Origin: a virus
Lineage: Duplodnaviria > Heunggongvirae > Uroviricota > Caudoviricetes
Direction: 5' to 3' (one strand)
DNA: 38,883 bases
IMG/VR virus record: IMGVR_UViG_2609459833_000016
The position numbers were made by a program, and so were the translations under genes. This document shows, piece after piece, positions 1 to 9,524 of this stretch. Position 1 is the stretch's first letter, and each line of letters opens with the position of its first letter. The notes under the pieces are model-generated. The model worked only from the letters and a program-made list of their open reading frames with translations. It made no database searches and was not told the origin of the DNA.

Positions 1-549
1 ATGCAATTTAATATCCCTACGTTGCTTACACTGTTCCGTGTCATCCTTATCCCATTCTTTGTATTGGTCTTTTATCTGCCTGTCACCTGGTCGCCGTTTG
101 CCGCCGCGCTCATTTTCTGCGTCGCGGCGGTGACTGACTGGTTCGATGGTTTTCTGGCACGCCGCTGGAACCAGAGTACCCGGTTTGGTGCTTTCCTTGA
201 CCCTGTCGCAGATAAAGTTCTCGTGGCTATCGCCATGGTGCTGGTAACCGAGCATTATCACAGCTGGTGGGTGACATTACCGGCGGCAACGATGATCGCC
301 CGTGAAATTATTATTTCTGCGCTACGCGAATGGATGGCGGAGTTGGGTAAACGCAGTAGCGTGGCCGTCTCCTGGATTGGGAAAGTGAAAACCACTGCCC
401 AGATGGTGGCGTTGGCCTGGCTGCTGTGGCGTCCGAACATTTGGGTTGAGTACGCCGGTATTGCACTTTTCTTTGTGGCTGCGGTACTGACTCTGTGGTC
501 AATGTTGCAATATTTGAGCGCTGCGCGTGCAGATTTGCTTGATCAGTGA
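1..549 (+). CDS. pgsA: CDP-diacylglycerol--glycerol-3-phosphate 3-phosphatidyltransferase (phosphatidylglycerophosphate synthase), complete 182 aa
   Basis: Full-length ORF starting at window position 1; multi-TM protein with the CDP-alcohol phosphatidyltransferase motif region (DWFDGFLAR...[10 protein letters not shown]); followed by the Gly-Cys-Leu tRNA cluster as in enterobacterial genomes. Confidence 0.9.
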
Positions 550-599
550 TCGTTTCGGCGTAATTTTCAGCAAACGATCAAAAGTGGTGAAAAATATCG

Positions 600-627
600 T
601 TGACTCATCGCGCCAGGTAAGTAGAAT
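600..627 (+). promoter_or_regulatory. Putative sigma70 promoter of the tRNA operon (TTGACT -35, 16-nt spacer, TAGAAT -10, GC-rich discriminator)
   Basis: TTGACT at 600-605 and TAGAAT at 622-627, with A-rich upstream and GC-rich downstream sequence, about 70 nt before tRNA-Gly. Confidence 0.5.
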
Positions 628-700
628 GCAACGCATCGAACGGCGGCACTGATTGCCAGACGATAATAAAATCAAGTGATTAACTGATTGCTTGATGAAT

Positions 701-776
<76 letters not shown>

Positions 777-830
777 GTTTAAAAGACATCGGCCTCAAGC
801 GGATGTCTGGCTGAAAGGCCTGAAGAATTT

Positions 831-904
831 GGCGCGTTAACAAAGCGGTTATGTAGCGGATTGCAAATCCGTCTAGTCCGGTTCGACTCCGGAACGCGCC
901 TCCA
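831..904 (+). tRNA. cysT: tRNA-Cys (anticodon GCA)
   Basis: 74-nt cloverleaf: GGCGCGU acceptor stem, anticodon loop with GCA, T-arm GGTTCGACTCC, CCA end. Confidence 0.9.
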
Positions 905-916
905 CTTTCTTCCCGA

Positions 917-1003
917 GCCCGGATGGTGGAATCGGTAGACACAAGGGATTTAAAATCCCTCGGCGTTCGCGCTGTGCGGGTTCAAGTCCCGCTCCGGGTA
1001 CCA
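917..1003 (+). tRNA. leuZ: tRNA-Leu (anticodon UAA), class II with long variable arm
   Basis: 87-nt sequence GCCCGGA...TCCGGGTACCA with anticodon loop UUUAAAA and a long variable arm. Confidence 0.9.
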
Positions 1004-1046
1004 TGGGAAAGATAAGAATAAAATCAAAGCAATAAGCAGTGTCGTG

Positions 1047-1077
1047 AAACCACCTTCGGGGGGGTTTTTTTTTTTTT
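1047..1077 (+). terminator. Rho-independent terminator of the tRNA operon (GC hairpin with UUCG loop + T13 run)
   Basis: ACCACCTTCGGGGGGG followed by 13 T residues about 45 nt after tRNA-Leu. Confidence 0.55.
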
Positions 1078-1243
1078 GTGTTTTTGTATGTGGCGGTAAC
1101 GTGGCGATGGTATGGCGATATGCAGGAGCAAGAGTAAAGCAGGCTCAGTAGCAATTGCCTTTGCTGTCATAACTGCGCTTTTACTACTCTCGGTGTTATC
1201 CACAGTTTGTTGGTGTGGATTGCTTTCAATGATGCTGAAAAGA

Positions 1244-1282
1244 AAAGCCCGCAGTTTTTACGCTACGGGCTTTGTTTTTCTT
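1244..1282. terminator. Hairpin (AAAGCCCG / CGGGCTTT) followed by T-run; possible terminator or att-proximal structure
   Basis: Perfect 8-bp inverted repeat with a 14-nt loop followed by GTTTTTCTTT. Confidence 0.35.
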
Positions 1283-1634
1283 TGTGACTTGCGTGTGAGG
1301 GTGCTACTTTCGGCCTTACCTTGGCAACCGATTGACGGGGGATTGCTCCCCCGTCGCGGTTTCTTACGGTTTACACTGCAAGAACGCCGCAAATTCTGAC
1401 CACATGATGTTAAGTCTGAACTCACACGGCGAACGGTGTATCATCCAGACTGTCAACAACATGGTTAAGCATAAAATGCTCACGATGATCGTTTTTTGCG
1501 GCATAGCGCTTGCTCCTTTTTCAAAGAGGCGCTAACCTTCCACTTGCGAAGGTTAGATGGTTAGGGCCTCGGGTTAAACAAATGTTTGACTCGGGGCCTT
1601 TTCACATCCGGCCTTCAGGTAATCCTTCCAGCCG

Positions 1635-1937
1635 TCAGCCGAAAGGCACCCGCGCGTAATGTACAGTTTTTGACTGGGAGGCGCAATCGCCCAGGGGGAG
1701 GCTGAGTTGATCCCTTCCCCGGTGGCATGATTTGAAAGCTTCTGCGGGGACGACTCCCCGTTCTTCGGTGGGTTGCGGACGGCATACGGTTCTCACGACA
1801 AACTCGTGCGTCACAAAGGTGGCGCTGCATTCAATGTTGTTGCACTGGTAATATTTCTCCCTGATTGTTCCTGTATCGTTGGCGTCGCGGCTTGTTCTGG
1901 TGCGGGGACTTGCTCCGCAGTATGGGCAAGGATGCAT
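1635..1937 (-). CDS. ogr: Ogr/Delta-like zinc-finger late transcription activator (C-terminally extended relative to 72-aa P2 Ogr)
   Basis: N-terminus CPYCG...TSR...YYQCNNIECSATF matches the C2C2 zinc-finger pattern of P2 Ogr and 186 B; sits downstream of D as in P2. Confidence 0.7.
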   Translation of the reverse strand: MHPCPYCGASPRTRTSRDANDTGTIREKYYQCNNIECSATFVTHEFVVRTVCRPQPTEERGVVPAEAFKSCHRGRDQLSLPLGDCASQSKTVHYARVPFG

Positions 1938-1978
1938 GATGGTCCCCCTGGCTGAAACGGGGTGGGCTCGCGCTCATT

Positions 1979-3124
1979 CTAGCCAGTCGTGGCGCGCTCT
2001 GCTATCCAGTCTGCGATTTTTGCTTCCAGCTCCAGTCTGGTGGTGAAGCCGCTGTCGTCGATGACGTGCTCAATGCGCGAAATAATCCAGTCCTGATTGT
2101 CAATGTCGCTCTTGAACCCGGATACCGTGCCGTGCATCTCCGGATACAGGTCGGCGCGTCCGCGCGCCAGCGTGATGCTGAATTCTGCTGCACCCCGCTG
2201 AAGTTGCTGCCAGCGTGCGGCAGCTGCGCGACGCGCGGCTTCTTCGTTCGGGTAGGTTTTTCTCAGCACATACACATTGCCTTCTGCGCCTTCCATGTAT
2301 CCACCCTCCCGTGAACTGCTTTTCTCCGGCTTCTGTGTGGTTTTCGCGTTTCGCTTTTTCACGTTCACGGCCTTCTTCTGGCCGAACTTTAAATCCAGCC
2401 AGTAAGCTTTCACTCCGGTATAGGCTTTTCTGTCAGCAATGCGAAAGCGATGACTGTCGCCATCCGAGCGGGTCAGGGCGAATGAGGGGAGGGCGCGCCC
2501 GCTGGCTGTCACACCGCCACCCGGCAGAATGAACAGCAGGCACCCGTTTTTTACGGTGGTTATTGCACCCAGCATGTCAGCCATACGCGTGAGGAACGAG
2601 ATGTCGCTTTCCTCTGTCTGGTCTGCATGGTCGATTTCGATATTCATCAGCATTTCGCTGATTTGTGCTTTCAGTCCGTAACGGTGCGCGATGGCAGATA
2701 CCACACGCTCAACGGTCACGTCATGCCAGGAGACTTCGCGTTTCACGTTAAACTCTTCGCGAAAATCCGCACTGTTCGCGGATATGGTCAGCTTATCCGG
2801 CGGACCTTCGTGGCTCACTTCGTCCACCACAAACGCCCCCTTGCGAGTGAGGCTTTCACTTTTCCATCCCATCGCCAGCGATAATCGTGTTCCGCGCTCC
2901 GGAAGTACCCCCCCGCCGTCGGCGTCGTCGATTTCCAGTGTCACCCTGTCAGCCTCAAAACCCCTGTTGTCTGTCATGGTCAGGCTCATGATGCGCTGCG
3001 TGATGTTCTTCAGGCTGGCATCTTTCCCTTCCAGTGTGATAGTGAAGTCTGGCACCCTAACGGTATCTTCCGCTGCATCCAGTGCGCTGTTGATGTGATG
3101 TGTTACTGATTCAGTGATGCTCAT
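1979..3124 (-). CDS. D: Tail protein D (late control gene D family)
   Basis: 381-aa ORF with typical gpD length and sequence character; adjacent to ogr. Confidence 0.9.
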   Translation of the reverse strand: MSITESVTHHINSALDAAEDTVRVPDFTITLEGKDASLKNITQRIMSLTMTDNRGFEADRVTLEIDDADGGGVLPERGTRLSLAMGWKSESLTRKGAFVVDEVSHEGPPDKLTISANSADFREEFNVKREVSWHDVTVERVVSAIAHRYGLKAQISEMLMNIEIDHADQTEESDISFLTRMADMLGAITTVKNGCLLFILPGGGVTASGRALPSFALTRSDGDSHRFRIADRKAYTGVKAYWLDLKFGQKKAVNVKKRNAKTTQKPEKSSSREGGYMEGAEGNVYVLRKTYPNEEAARRAAAARWQQLQRGAAEFSITLARGRADLYPEMHGTVSGFKSDIDNQDWIISRIEHVIDDSGFTTRLELEAKIADWIAERATTG

Positions 3125-3184
3125 GATATCCCTCCCGTGTGCGTATCATCCCACGCGTACCTTGTCGTTTCTGTCCGGCTCTGT

Positions 3185-3202
3185 TGTAAAAAAATCCCCA
3201 CA
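3185..3202. promoter_or_regulatory. Ogr-type late promoter activator box (TGT-N12-ACA) between divergent D and FI
   Basis: TGTAAAAAAATCCCCACA read directly, about 65-75 bp from both the D and FI start codons. Confidence 0.45.
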
Positions 3203-3277
3203 GCCCGCATCAGGTGAGGGCTGTGCGCCAATGGTGGATTATTCAGGCGAGCATAAACACAACTGATGGTGAATCGT

Positions 3278-4471
3278 ATGGCTGAAAAACGATTTCACGG
3301 TGTGCGCGTCACGGAGAATACCGACCTTGTGACGGCCATTAATGACGTTGATTCCAGCGTCATTGGTATTGTTGCCGTTGCAGATGATGCGGATACCGGG
3401 CAGTTCCCCCTTAACAAGCCAGTGCTGATTACCCGTGTATCTTCTGTTCTGGGGAAGGCCGGGAAAGCGGGCACGCTTTATAAGGCCCTTAAAGCGATAT
3501 CTGACCAGGTCAGTACACGGGTGATTGTCGTTCGCGTGGAGGCGGCAAAAGAGGGGGCTGAGAATAAAACACAGGATCAACTGGTCATTGGTACCACGGA
3601 AGAAGACGGAAGCTACAGCGGTATGCAGGCGCTTCTGGTTGCCGAACAGATGGAAGGTATTGGTTACCGACCCCGCATTCTTGCCGCTCCGGGCCTTGAA
3701 TCGGATGCTGTCACGGCTGCACTGGTGACTGTTGCCGGAAAAATGCGCGCATTTGCGTATTCCGGCTGCCCTGGCTGCACAAAACCGTCCGATGCTATTG
3801 CGTTTCGTAAAAAGATTTCCGGTCGCGAAATCATGCTTCTGTGGCCTGATTTCATTGCGTTCAACCCGGTGTCCGGTAAAAACGAAACCTTCCCGGCTGC
3901 GGCGTATGCGTGCGGTCTTCGTGCCCGACTCGACCATGAACAGGGCTGGCATCGATCCCTTTCTAACATGCCTGTGAAAAATGTTCTTGGGGTGTCAGCG
4001 TCTGTTTCCTGGTCACTTCAGGATGAAAACAGCGATGCCAACACGCTGAACAATAGCGAGGTGACCACTCTTATTCACCAGGGCGACGGCTCCTTCCGTT
4101 TCTGGGGTAACCGTACACCGGATACGTCGGAATACATTTTTGAGGTGAGCGCCCGCACGGCGCAACAACTGGCTGACTCTATTGCGGAGGGGCAGCTTCA
4201 GGTGGTGGATTCGCCTCTGACACCTTCCAATGCGAAAGATGCTGTAAGTGCCATCAAGGCGAAACTGGATTCCCTGGTCACGGCCGGAAAACTCATTGGG
4301 GCGGAATGCTGGTTCGATATTGTCGACAACAATACAACCAGTCTTCGTCAGGGCATTGTGCGTATTCGCTACAAATACACGCCCGTACCACCGATGGAAT
4401 GTATGGAACTCTATCAGACGTTTACCGACGAGTTCTTTGGCTCTGCTTTTGCATCTCTTGGAGGTAGCTAA
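3278..4471 (+). CDS. FI: Tail sheath protein FI
   Basis: About 397-aa ORF with P2 FI-like N-terminus (HGVRV...FPLNKPVLIT); ORF track start is 3266, and 3278 has the better SD. Confidence 0.9.
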   Translation: MAEKRFHGVRVTENTDLVTAINDVDSSVIGIVAVADDADTGQFPLNKPVLITRVSSVLGKAGKAGTLYKALKAISDQVSTRVIVVRVEAAKEGAENKTQDQLVIGTTEEDGSYSGMQALLVAEQMEGIGYRPRILAAPGLESDAVTAALVTVAGKMRAFAYSGCPGCTKPSDAIAFRKKISGREIMLLWPDFIAFNPVSGKNETFPAAAYACGLRARLDHEQGWHRSLSNMPVKNVLGVSASVSWSLQDENSDANTLNNSEVTTLIHQGDGSFRFWGNRTPDTSEYIFEVSARTAQQLADSIAEGQLQVVDSPLTPSNAKDAVSAIKAKLDSLVTAGKLIGAECWFDIVDNNTTSLRQGIVRIRYKYTPVPPMECMELYQTFTDEFFGSAFASLGGS

Positions 4472-4983
4472 TGGCCGTACCCAAAAAACTTCGTGTGTTT
4501 ACCGTCTTTGTGGACGGTGACAACAAGCTGGGCAAGGTGACGTCTTTTACCCCGCCAAAACTGACCCGCAAAACAGAGTCGTATCGCGGGGCGGGTATGC
4601 CTGGCTCTGCGTCGGTGGATCTCGGTCTTGATGATGGTGCACTGGATCTCTCCTTTGCGGTTGGTGGCGTCGATCGTCACATCTTTGCCAAATACGCCGC
4701 CGGTATTGATGCCGTGCGTGTTCGCTTCTCGGGTGAATACTATTCCGAAGAGGGGATTGAGTACGTCGATATTGAAGCCCGTGGTCGCATTGTCGAAATC
4801 GACAAGGGCGAGGCCAAACAGGGTGAAGATACCGAACATACCTATGCGATGAAATGCACCTGGTACAAGCTCAGCGTTGATAACAGCGATGTTATTGAAA
4901 TCGACGTGCTGAACTTCATCTGGCGCATTGATGGTAAGGATGTTCTTCCTGACCGCACCCGCTCCATGCTGGGGCTTGGCTGA
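4471..4983 (+). CDS. FII: Tail tube protein FII
   Basis: 170-aa ORF directly after the sheath gene with stop/start overlap; P2 FII-like. Confidence 0.9.
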   Translation: MAVPKKLRVFTVFVDGDNKLGKVTSFTPPKLTRKTESYRGAGMPGSASVDLGLDDGALDLSFAVGGVDRHIFAKYAAGIDAVRVRFSGEYYSEEGIEYVDIEARGRIVEIDKGEAKQGEDTEHTYAMKCTWYKLSVDNSDVIEIDVLNFIWRIDGKDVLPDRTRSMLGLG

Positions 4984-5034
4984 TAGTTAAATCTGATAAC
5001 AGGGGCGGCGTCCTGTTGCCCCGGGAGAAAAATA

Positions 5035-5415
5035 ATGGATCAGACTGAAGAAAATATCGTGACGAATGACACAGATGCTGTGACGAATGGCGACACGGAA
5101 AACGCAGAGGCGATCGCAAATGACACGGTTAATCTCAGGGTTCCTGTTGTCTGCGGTAATAAGACGGTTTCCAGCGTGAAGATTGGGGCGCTTGCGCGTC
5201 AGGTGGGCTCGCTTCGAGGGATCCGCATGACGGACCTGTTCAACACCGATGTTGATGCTGCCGCCATTTTTCTGGAACGCGTAACTGAACCTCACCTCAG
5301 CCGCGCGGCACTTATGTCAATGTGCCCGGAAGACTTCTTTAAACTGTACGAGGTGGCAGTCGGTTTTTTGCTTCCCTCGTCAGCGAAGAAGGCGCAGGAG
5401 GCGGGCGGCGCGTAA
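5035..5415 (+). CDS. E: Tail assembly chaperone E
   Basis: 126-aa ORF between the tube and tape-measure genes; contains the T-TTT-TTG slippery site near its 3' end. Confidence 0.85.
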   Translation: MDQTEENIVTNDTDAVTNGDTENAEAIANDTVNLRVPVVCGNKTVSSVKIGALARQVGSLRGIRMTDLFNTDVDAAAIFLERVTEPHLSRAALMSMCPEDFFKLYEVAVGFLLPSSAKKAQEAGGA

Positions 5416-5570
5416 CGCTTCTTGCTTTTGATTACGTTGAAGATATTGTCGCTGATATAGCCGTTGTATTTCACTGGTCGCCCTCTGAAATCTTTGTGAT
5501 GACTCCCGGTGAACTGGTTGCCTGGCGAGAACGGGCGGCCGTCAGAACCGGGAATCATAACGATGAGTAA
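5035..5570 (+). CDS. E': Tail assembly chaperone E+E' fusion made by programmed -1 ribosomal frameshift at 5364-5370
   Basis: The -1 frame after the TTTTTTG heptamer stays open to TAA at 5568-5570, overlapping the tape-measure ATG at 5563, as in P2. Confidence 0.7.
5364..5370 (+). other. Programmed -1 frameshift slippery heptamer (T TTT TTG)
   Basis: GGTTTTTTG read directly in the E reading frame. Confidence 0.7.
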
Positions 5571-8394
5571 TAATCTCCAGATACGTGTAGCCCTTACTGC
5601 GGTCGACCGTCTCACTCAACCCGTCAGGCGCGCCCGGGAAATGACCGGCGCGCTTTCCGAATCTCTTTCCTCCACGCAGAACGCTCTTAAGTCACTCCAG
5701 CGAAGCAGTGATGCGTTTTCCCGTGCCCGCCAGCAGGTGACCTCGACTGAAAACAGTCTGAACGAGGCGCGTGCGCGACTTCAGCGCCTCCAGGAGGCCC
5801 AGCGTACAGGCACAACACTAACGGAAAAACAGCAGGAAGCTATCCGCTCGATGACTGTGAAGATTGATCGCCTTAATACGGTTTATTCCCTCCACAAATC
5901 CCGACTTAGCGAAGCCAGTCGCGAACTGGAATCTCACGGTATACGGGCGGACGGAAGTAACCGTGCGGTCGAGAGGGCAATCAGGCGGACGCAGGAATAC
6001 AACGATCAGCTCGAACGCCAGCGGGGCCAGCTTGCACGCGTCACGCAGGCGCAGCAACGCTATGACCGTGTTCAGGATATTGCCGGTAAGCTCAGTCAGC
6101 GCGGTGCTGTTGCCATGGCGGCTGGCAGTGCCGGTCTGTATGCTGCCGGTCGCGCGGTTGCACCTGTTGTTGAAGAGCAACGGCAGGGTGCGCTCATTGC
6201 GGCACAGAGTGGCGGCAGCGCAGAAGACGGCCAGCGCTACAGCCGTATGATTCAGAGCATCCGTGCGTCAGGTGCGGCCACGGATATCGCGATGATTTCG
6301 GAAGCAGCAGCTGCGGCGCAAAGCACGCTTGGCGCACTGGGTACCGTAGGGACTGAAGAACTGGAAAGGGTGACACGGCAGGCAATCGATCTTGCTCAGG
6401 TCACCGGCGGTAATGTGGCTGAACAGGTTCAGGCTGCTGGCATTATGCTGAAAAACGGGCTTGCCGCAAATGCAGGTGAGGCCGTCGACCTGATGGCGGC
6501 AGGGATGCAGAAAATGTCTGCCGAAATGCGCGGCGAACTTCCTGAAATTCTGCATGAGTATTCCACGCATTTCCGCAATATGGGGCTATCCGGCTCTGAA
6601 ACCATGACGCTGCTTGTCAGCATGGCGCAGCAGGGGAAATTCGCCCTGGATAAAACCGGCGATGCTGTCAAAGAATTCAGTATTCGCGGCTCGGATATGT
6701 CCAAATCCAGCGTTGAAGCCTATGAGCTGATTGGCCTTAACGCTGAAAGAATGTCGTCAGCGATCGCCAGTGGCGGCGCGGCCGCGCGTGAAGCGATGCG
6801 TCGCACCGCGTCAGGTCTGTTACAGATTCAGGATCCTGCAGAACGGGCCAATGCGGCGATAGCGCTGTTCGGCACACCCATTGAAGATCTGGCTGTTGAC
6901 CAGATCCCGGATTTTCTCCGGTCGCTTGCAACGGTATCTGACCGTATGGGGCTGGTTCAGGGAACCGCCCGGCGAATGGGGGATGTTCTGCGTGACAACC
7001 TCGGCGGCGACACCGATCGTCTGTCCGGCATTTTCTCCGGTATTCGCAGTGATGTTGTGTCGCTGGTTACTGATGATATCCGCGAGCTTGTACAGGCTGT
7101 TGCTTCTGTGGGTGAACGCTTCAGGTCGTGGGTTCAGGAAAACCCGCAGCTTGTACGCACGCTGACCCTTACCGTGGGTGGCGTGCTTGCGGCCACAACG
7201 GCCATTGGTGCGTTGTCTGTCGGAGGTGGGTTACTGACGGGGATTTTTGCAAAACTTCAGCTTGGCTCTGCGCTTCTTGGTGGCGGGCTGTCCTCGCTTA
7301 CAAACGGTGTTGGTGGTCTTGCTCTTCGCCTGTCCGGCCTTCCGGCACTGTGGGGGATGGTCTCCGGTGCGGTTTCTGTGCTGGGCGGGGTGCTTTCCGG
7401 TCTTCTCAGTCCTGTTGGTCTCGTGATTGCTGCTCTTGCCGGTGGGGCGCTGCTCATATGGCGTCACTGGGAACAGGTTAAGGCGTTCATGCTCGGCACA
7501 TTCCGGTCGCTGTGGGCTGGCCTTGCGCCTGTTCGTGAAAGTATTGCTCAGTTTGCTCCGTTGTTTGATCTGGTGTCGGGTGCGGTGTCCACGGTGTTTG
7601 ACTGGTTTACCCGGTTACTCACGCCTGTTCAGGCCAGCAACGAATCTCTTGAACGGTGTACGTCTGCGGGAGAAAGCTTCGGTCGTGTACTTAGTGGGGC
7701 GATATCGCTTGCGCTTACGCCGCTGAAGGCGCTGATGGATGGACTTGCCTGGGTACTGGAAAAGCTTGGCGTGCTGCCTGATGAAGCTGAAAGGGCGCGC
7801 CGGAAACTGGAGGATGCACAGCGGACTTCGTTTCTTCAGGGCAAGCTCTCCCTGCTTCAGGGGGATGTTAATGCCATTATCTCGCCCGCTAAGCCAGTTG
7901 ATGGCAATGATAAAGGTAATAATGGTGGCAAGCCTTCTGTCATAAACGACGGCACCAGTGGCGTTCTTCGCAGGCTCAAAGGTATCGAGGGTAATACGTC
8001 GGGTATGCTTCAGGAAGCCCGCAAGCGTATCGGTCCTGGCGATATCGTGTTTAAAAATCTCCCCCGTGCGCTGGCTGTTCGCGGGCAGTGGAATGAACCG
8101 ACTGTTGCACCCGGGCTTCCGCTTATGCCAGCGTTTTCGCCTGTGTCTCCGGCGGTTTCCCCGGATTCTTCCCGTCCTGTGGAGGTTAAGCGGTGGGATC
8201 CGGTGTCCCCGACACCCCGGGGGCCTTCGCGCTCTCCTGAACCGCCGTCTGTGTACGGTGGTGATATTCATGTTCACCTTCACAACGTGGTTACGCAGAA
8301 CCCTCGCGACCTTGCCAGAATGGTGGGGGAGGCGGTACGGGAAGAAATTCGCAGACAATCCGGCGGTATGAACAGTTTCCGCGATCGTGATTAG
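5563..8394 (+). CDS. T: Tail tape measure protein T
   Basis: About 943-aa ORF with coiled-coil N-terminus and Gly/Ala/Leu-rich hydrophobic segments, followed by U. Confidence 0.9.
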   Translation: MSNNLQIRVALTAVDRLTQPVRRAREMTGALSESLSSTQNALKSLQRSSDAFSRARQQVTSTENSLNEARARLQRLQEAQRTGTTLTEKQQEAIRSMTVKIDRLNTVYSLHKSRLSEASRELESHGIRADGSNRAVERAIRRTQEYNDQLERQRGQLARVTQAQQRYDRVQDIAGKLSQRGAVAMAAGSAGLYAAGRAVAPVVEEQRQGALIAAQSGGSAEDGQRYSRMIQSIRASGAATDIAMISEAAAAAQSTLGALGTVGTEELERVTRQAIDLAQVTGGNVAEQVQAAGIMLKNGLAANAGEAVDLMAAGMQKMSAEMRGELPEILHEYSTHFRNMGLSGSETMTLLVSMAQQGKFALDKTGDAVKEFSIRGSDMSKSSVEAYELIGLNAERMSSAIASGGAAAREAMRRTASGLLQIQDPAERANAAIALFGTPIEDLAVDQIPDFLRSLATVSDRMGLVQGTARRMGDVLRDNLGGDTDRLSGIFSGIRSDVVSLVTDDIRELVQAVASVGERFRSWVQENPQLVRTLTLTVGGVLAATTAIGALSVGGGLLTGIFAKLQLGSALLGGGLSSLTNGVGGLALRLSGLPALWGMVSGAVSVLGGVLSGLLSPVGLVIAALAGGALLIWRHWEQVKAFMLGTFRSLWAGLAPVRESIAQFAPLFDLVSGAVSTVFDWFTRLLTPVQASNESLERCTSAGESFGRVLSGAISLALTPLKALMDGLAWVLEKLGVLPDEAERARRKLEDAQRTSFLQGKLSLLQGDVNAIISPAKPVDGNDKGNNGGKPSVINDGTSGVLRRLKGIEGNTSGMLQEARKRIGPGDIVFKNLPRALAVRGQWNEPTVAPGLPLMPAFSPVSPAVSPDSSRPVEVKRWDPVSPTPRGPSRSPEPPSVYGGDIHVHLHNVVTQNPRDLARMVGEAVREEIRRQSGGMNSFRDRD

Positions 8395-8399
8395 GAGTG

Positions 8400-8870
8400 A
8401 TGGTTATGATGATGATTTACGGCATGTTTGTTTTTCAGTTAAGCACACTGCCACACCAACAAATACAACAGTCCCGTAACTGGAGGCATGTAAAGAACGA
8501 GCGAATCAACCGCTCAGCCAGCTGGCAGTATATCGGCGCGGGTGACGATACCATCACGCTTTCGGATTTGCTCTACCCGGAAATTACGGGCGGTGAAGTC
8601 TCCCTGACCGCACTGACCAGCCAGGCTTACGTCGGGCGACCATGGCCGCTGATTGATGGGGTAGGGCAGATTTACGGGATGTATGTCATTACCGGGCTTA
8701 ACACCACCCGCTCTGAACTTGATCGCTATGGTCGGGCAAGAAAGATTGAGTTTACTGTCACTTTTGAGCGTGTGGATGAAGATCTGCGTGAACGTCTTCA
8801 GTCCTCGTCGCTTGGTGATCTTGCGAATAACGTCAAAGGTGCCCTGAATAATCTGTCCATTCCGGTTTAA
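8400..8870 (+). CDS. U: Tail protein U
   Basis: N-terminus MMM..GMFVFQLSTLP and central PWPLIDG...GMYVI match the P2 gpU pattern; ORF track start 8397 is a GTG. Confidence 0.85.
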   Translation: MVMMMIYGMFVFQLSTLPHQQIQQSRNWRHVKNERINRSASWQYIGAGDDTITLSDLLYPEITGGEVSLTALTSQAYVGRPWPLIDGVGQIYGMYVITGLNTTRSELDRYGRARKIEFTVTFERVDEDLRERLQSSSLGDLANNVKGALNNLSIPV

Positions 8871-8876
8871 ATAATA

Positions 8877-8901
8877 ACGCCCTGGTGTCAGGGCGTTTTT
8901 G
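8877..8901. terminator. Bidirectional rho-independent terminator between convergent U and G
   Basis: ACGCCCTG-GTGT-CAGGGCGT hairpin with T-runs on both strands. Confidence 0.5.
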
Positions 8902-8905
8902 CTGT

Positions 8906-9514
8906 TCATCTTTCGGTGGCGGGTTCTTCCGTTGTGGGCCAGCCCACAACGTAACGCTGAATGGCCTCCGCATCCTGAAGTTCTGCAATCTCTTTTTTCA
9001 TGTTGCGCTGGCGCACATGAATTTCCATTCCCTTCGCGAACATTGCCTGTTGCGCGGCTTCACTCAGCGCAATCAGTTCTTCCGCAGTCATGGGGACGTC
9101 GTTGTTGTCTGCGTCTGTCCAGAAAAACTTCTCCGGGAGATTGCCTTCTTTTGCTGCGATAACTGATGGGCCAAGGCGATCCTGTGTTTCCTTTCCATAA
9201 TCCCAGTTACGGCCATTAAAGCTGAAAATATAACTGGCTGATTCCATTCTGTTCCGCCAGGCGTTGATCCCGGCGGTTTTGAGTTCTCTGGCTTTTTCCG
9301 GGCTGATGGATGGCTGTACATGTTCTGCAATTTCACCGGCCTCTCCTTTCTGACAAGCGGCATAAATATCCCGCCCGTATGCTTCGGTATCGCTGGCTGT
9401 TGCAGTGAAAGGAACCGCCTGCTCAATGTGCTCAAACTTCACCATGCAATTGACAGCAGTGTGATCTTTATCTGCCCATTGCGGATTGCTTATTTTTTCC
9501 ACATTCATGTTCAT
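8906..9514 (-). CDS. G: Tail fiber assembly (chaperone) protein G
   Basis: ORF immediately downstream of the tail fiber gene with an AGGAG RBS; start chosen at the internal MNMNVEK. Confidence 0.75.
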   Translation of the reverse strand: MNMNVEKISNPQWADKDHTAVNCMVKFEHIEQAVPFTATASDTEAYGRDIYAACQKGEAGEIAEHVQPSISPEKARELKTAGINAWRNRMESASYIFSFNGRNWDYGKETQDRLGPSVIAAKEGNLPEKFFWTDADNNDVPMTAEELIALSEAAQQAMFAKGMEIHVRQRNMKKEIAELQDAEAIQRYVVGWPTTEEPATER

Positions 9515-9524
9515 CTCCTGTCTG

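Noticed and set aside
1112-1535. Two small plus-strand ORFs (95 and 67 aa) between the tRNA terminator and ogr
   Set aside because: No RBS or motif support; they overlap hairpin structures and lie in the presumed att/junction region; likely non-coding.
7615-8358. 247-aa minus-strand ORF inside the tape measure gene
   Set aside because: Antisense to a well-supported tape measure CDS; Arg-rich composition typical of the reverse frame of GC-rich coding DNA.
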